64,000 nucleotides of DNA from positions 6,944,001 through 7,008,000 of the forward strand of contig CM069160.1 in the NCBI GenBank assembly GCA_035221665.1. Reading direction: 5' to 3'. Made by a program: the position numbers and the translations under genes. This DNA comes from Okamejei kenojei (Eukaryota). The notes below the pieces were generated by a model that saw only the letters and a list, made by a program, of their open reading frames with translations, was not told the origin of the DNA and did no database searches. Positions 60,501 to 64,000 of this stretch are shown here, in pieces; the first letter of the stretch is position 1; each line of letters opens with the position of its first letter.

Positions 60501-62099
60501 GTGCAGGATAGTGTTAGTTTGCGGGCATCGCTGGTCGGTGCGGTCTCGGTGGGCCAAAGGGCCTGTTGCCGAACTGTATCTCTAAACTAAACAATTGCTC
60601 AAGTGACAGCCTGACGTGCAGGATATTTCCCACCTGATCTATCTAGAGGATAACACCTGGTCCTACCAGTCAGAGTACATACGCCGTATACCTCTACTCT
60701 GTAGTGCTTCTTGTCCACACTCCAGATATATCAGCAGCCACTTCACACAGTCCTTCTCCAGGAGATCTTTGAAATACTTGTTCATGAAGGTGTTGACATT
60801 CCACCGATCTACTAGCACCTGGAAATCTGGACTTAGTGTAATCCAGCGCATTCTGTCCTTGTCGAAAGCACAGGCATCCTCCCCATCATAACCCAGTCTG
60901 ACAAACCCATCAGTGGAATTGTCACTGTCCACTTCACAGCCGCAGAAACCCTGGACAAAGAAAACAGCTGGGGCTGAGGTGGATGATTTGGGTTGGGGGG
61001 AGGGGATGGAGAGGAGAGACAATTAACAAATCAGTTCTCAGCGTGGTACAAACAGGCAGAACAGAACACAACATAGAGCTGTACAGCACAGGAGCAGCTT
61101 TAGTTTAGAGATACTGCGCGGAAAGAGGCCCTTCAGCCCACCGAGTCCGCAACGACCAGTGATCCCCGCACATTAACACTATCCTACACACACTACTTTT
61201 TTTCCCAACTTTCTCCACCCTACTCCATCACTAAATGGTTCTGGTCTCATATGTTTTCTGCCTATTTTTCCACAGAATGCTGCCTGACTCACTGAGTTCC
61301 TCCTGTTTGTTTTTAATTCAGATTGGCAGCGTCTGCAGTTTGCTGTTACTCCATCTTAGCACAATTGATGATCAGTGTGGATTCAGTGAGCAGAAGGGCC
61401 GATATCCATGCTGTGTGACTCAATGACTCTATGACCAATGGTCTATATACTGAGGGCATGAACTAACGTCAAGTGTTGAGGGGGGATGCTTTAATGTTGC
61501 GGATGTAACACTGAAGCAGTTCTGCTGTGTCAGAAGGGCAGAACTCAGACTTCTGCACTGTCGTACATAAAGAACAGAGGAAGAAGTGCATTGTCAGATG
61601 GGCAATGCTACAGAGCCAACAGCTCAGTCTGAAGGTTAAGGCAATGCAGATGGGAGGGACATCAAGGCTGTAGCACTGTCTGGGATTGCTACACTCTCTG
61701 AGGATTGTTGCCAATATTGAGGGAATGCTAGATTAACAGACTATTATTACTGAGGGAATAATTTCATAAATAACAAAGTTTATCACAATACTCTAGTACA
61801 TGTTGGGTGTCTACCCCAAGTCTGGTCAGGACACTTACTCGAGACACCATGTTGCTGTTGGTAAACTATCTCAGCATTTCCTCTGACAATCCCATGAAAA
61901 CCTGCCACTGTGATGGTCATTGAAGCCCAGTGATCCTGCGGGAAAGACTGGGCCATCCATCGTTGTCTGGGAACAGCCCGATCTAGTGTGCTGTCAAAAT
62001 ATGCGATCTGGAGGTCATCCAACATTGCCACCATACTGTACTCAGGCAGCTCACTCAATCCATGGTTCAACAGGTAGTAAAATGCAAGATGGTGAAAAT
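57525..62099 (-). CDS. Non-classical MHC class I heavy chain. Exons: alpha1 62099-61839, alpha2 60967-60692, alpha3 59481-59209, TM/cytoplasmic 57754-57525. Leader exon not found in the window
   Basis: All introns are GT-AG phase 1; exons of 261, 276, 273 and 230 nt are open. alpha1 FHHLAFYYLL..LPEYSMVAMLDDLQIAYFDS..AVPRQRWM; alpha2 VQGFCGCEV..GYDGED..LEKDCVKWLLIYL; alpha3 LSCLVTGFYPPTIDVTWLKDG..LPNSDGTYQL..FSCYIEH; TM IVTGAVIIPLILVGIIVGIGCWM followed by KEKRRK. Confidence 0.93.
58225..58750 (+). mobile_element. Rex1/Babar-type LINE 3' fragment
   Basis: AWFSNLSAQERKRLQKVVTTAQSIIGSDLPTIE; tail GACAATAAA..(TCTTGA)n. Confidence 0.75.
60290..60592 (+). mobile_element. HE1/V-SINE-type SINE in the class I alpha2-alpha3 intron
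   Basis: Homologous to 10396-10680. Confidence 0.75.
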
Positions 62100-62319
62100 C
62101 TGCAATGCATAAACAAACATAAGTATGATTGTGTCATCACTGTAAAGTGCTCAAAGAAGTTGCTAAAACTGCTAACAATACAAGAACTTTGTATAAGTGG
62201 GTGACAAAGACCCGCAAATGCAAGTGCTGGAGGAACTCAGTGGGTCAGGCAGCATCTGTACGGGGGGGGGGGGGGGGGGCGGAGATGATCGGATGACATT
62301 GTGGGTCAGGAGCCGTTTA

Positions 62320-62625
62320 TTTAGGTTTTAGATAGAGATACAGCATGGAAACAGGCCCTTCGGCCCACTGAGTCCACACTGACCAGCAACCCCCACACTC
62401 TAACACTATCCTACACACACAAGGGACAATTTACATTATACACTAAGGTAATTAACCTACAAACCTGTACTTCTTTGGAATGTGGGAAGAATTGAAGATC
62501 TCGGGAAAAACCCACACGGTCAGGTAGAGAATGCACAAACACCGTACAGACAGGACCCGTAATCAGGATCCAACCTGGACATTGGTGCTGTAAGGGCGGT
62601 AAGGCAGCAACTCTACCCCTGCATC
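62320..62625 (-). mobile_element. HE1/V-SINE-type SINE
   Basis: Reverse complement of the same SINE family. Confidence 0.75.
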
Positions 62626-63483
62626 TCTGAGCCATCTTCAAGAGTAGGCAAGATGGGCTCTGATACCTATTCCACCAATGATGGTCGAGGCATTGAATGA
62701 TCCGATTGGATTGATTCCCATCTTCCAAGATCTATTATTGTCTATCATGTAGATATGGTCTACTAGTTACAATATTCCAAAATATGAAGAATATTTTATT
62801 TTATGAAGAACATGGACAATGTCACAGAGACTTTATAGAATCATAGGGAGGTAAAGTCAAAGAGTCATACAGCAGGGAATCAGGGTCTACGGCTCAACTT
62901 GCCCACACCGACCAACATGCCCCATCTACACTGCCTGTATTTCATCAGGACTTAAGTGCCTAGGAGAATAAATAGGCCATTCAGCCCATCGGCCATTCAA
63001 TCATGGCTGCTCTATCTATCGCTCTCAACCACATTGTCCCGCCTTCGCCCCATAACCCTTGACACCCGCACTGATCATGAATCTGTCAATCTCGACCTGA
63101 AAATATCCATTGACGCGGGCTCCACAATTCTCTGAGAAGGCCCATATCATTTAAAACCTATCTATCCATGTACCTGATTAAATGTTTCTTAAATGTTGCG
63201 ATACTACCTGCCTGAACTACCTTCCCCGGCAGTCCATTCAGTACACCAACCATCCTTTGTGTAACAAAGCTACGCCTCAGGTTCGTATTATATCTTTCCC
63301 ACCTCATTTTAAACTTATGGCCTCTGGGTACAGCATATAAAAAGGCCCTTTAGCCCAGCAAATCCGTGGTAACCATCAAACACCTATTTATACTTGTGGT
63401 ACGCTAACCCATTTAATACTTTCCATTCTCCCATTAGTACCTCCCCTCCATAAATTATAATATATACATATACATATCTAATA

Positions 63484-64000
63484 TAGCCCGCCATAATGAT
63501 TGGGACAAAGACCCATCATTTATTTATTTGCCTCTGTACTCCACAATTTGAGATATGTAATAGAAAAAAAAAATCACATGCGGTCAAAGTGCATATTGTC
63601 AGATTTTATTAAAGGGTATTTCTTGCACATTTTGGTTTCACCATGTAGAAATTACAGCTGTGTTTATACATAGTCCCCCCATTTCGGGGCACCATAATGT
63701 TTGGGACACATGGCTTCACAGGTATATATAATTGCTCTGGGGTATTTAAATGCCTCCTTAATGCAGGTATAAGAGAGCTCAGCACCTAGTCTTTCCATCA
63801 CCTTTGGAAACTTGTATTGCTGTTTATCAACATGAGGATCAAAGTTGTGCCAATTAAAGTCAAATAAGCTATTATGAGTCTGAGAAACACGAATAAAACT
63901 GTTCAAGACATCAGTCAAACCTTAGGCTTACCAAAATCAACCGATTGGAACATCATTAAGAAGAAAGAGAGCACTGGTGCTCTCTGGTTTTACAGGGCTC
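63484..64000 (+). mobile_element. Tc1-family transposon 5' end (IR/DR type), degenerate
   Basis: Direct repeats CCATAATG.TTGGGACA at about 63491 and 63692. From ATG 63832: MRIKVVPIKVK*AIMSLRNTNKTVQDISQTLGLPKSTDWNIIKKKESTG (HTH). Confidence 0.8.

Noticed and set aside
62100-64000. Leader exon and promoter of the class I gene
   Set aside because: No convincing ATG-hydrophobic-phase-1-donor exon; the interval is mostly SINE, CR1 and Tc1 fragments, so the leader is probably outside the window.

Overview
Eukaryotic genomic DNA from a cartilaginous fish, most likely a skate or ray. This is inferred from HE1/V-SINE-type SINEs, very abundant CR1 LINEs and the style of the TRIM gene. It is repeat-rich, has four N-gaps, and the roughly 10.9-16 kb stretch looks like noisy long-read consensus. 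Four antigen-presentation or innate-immunity items sit among the repeats. (1) A TAP1 relic on the minus strand, with exon 1 only about 0.5 kb from exon 6. (2) A roughly 3-4 kb block duplicated four times (one copy inverted), each copy carrying an orphan S-X1-X2-Y module next to ISRE-like and NF-kB sites; the two clean copies have the spacing I recall for mammalian MHC promoters. (3) An intact 6-coding-exon RING/B-box/coiled-coil/PRY-SPRY TRIM gene (+, 471 aa). (4) A convergent, apparently intact non-classical MHC class I heavy-chain gene (-; alpha1, alpha2, alpha3 and TM/cytoplasmic exons; leader not found) that has lost most peptide-anchoring residues. Mobile elements include a structurally complete DIRS1-type tyrosine-recombinase retrotransposon nested in a CR1 inside TRIM intron 5, two Tc1 remnants, a BEL/Pao gag relic, Rex1-type LINE tails and short elements carrying hammerhead-ribozyme cores. 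All homology calls come from my own recognition of motifs; no searches were run.
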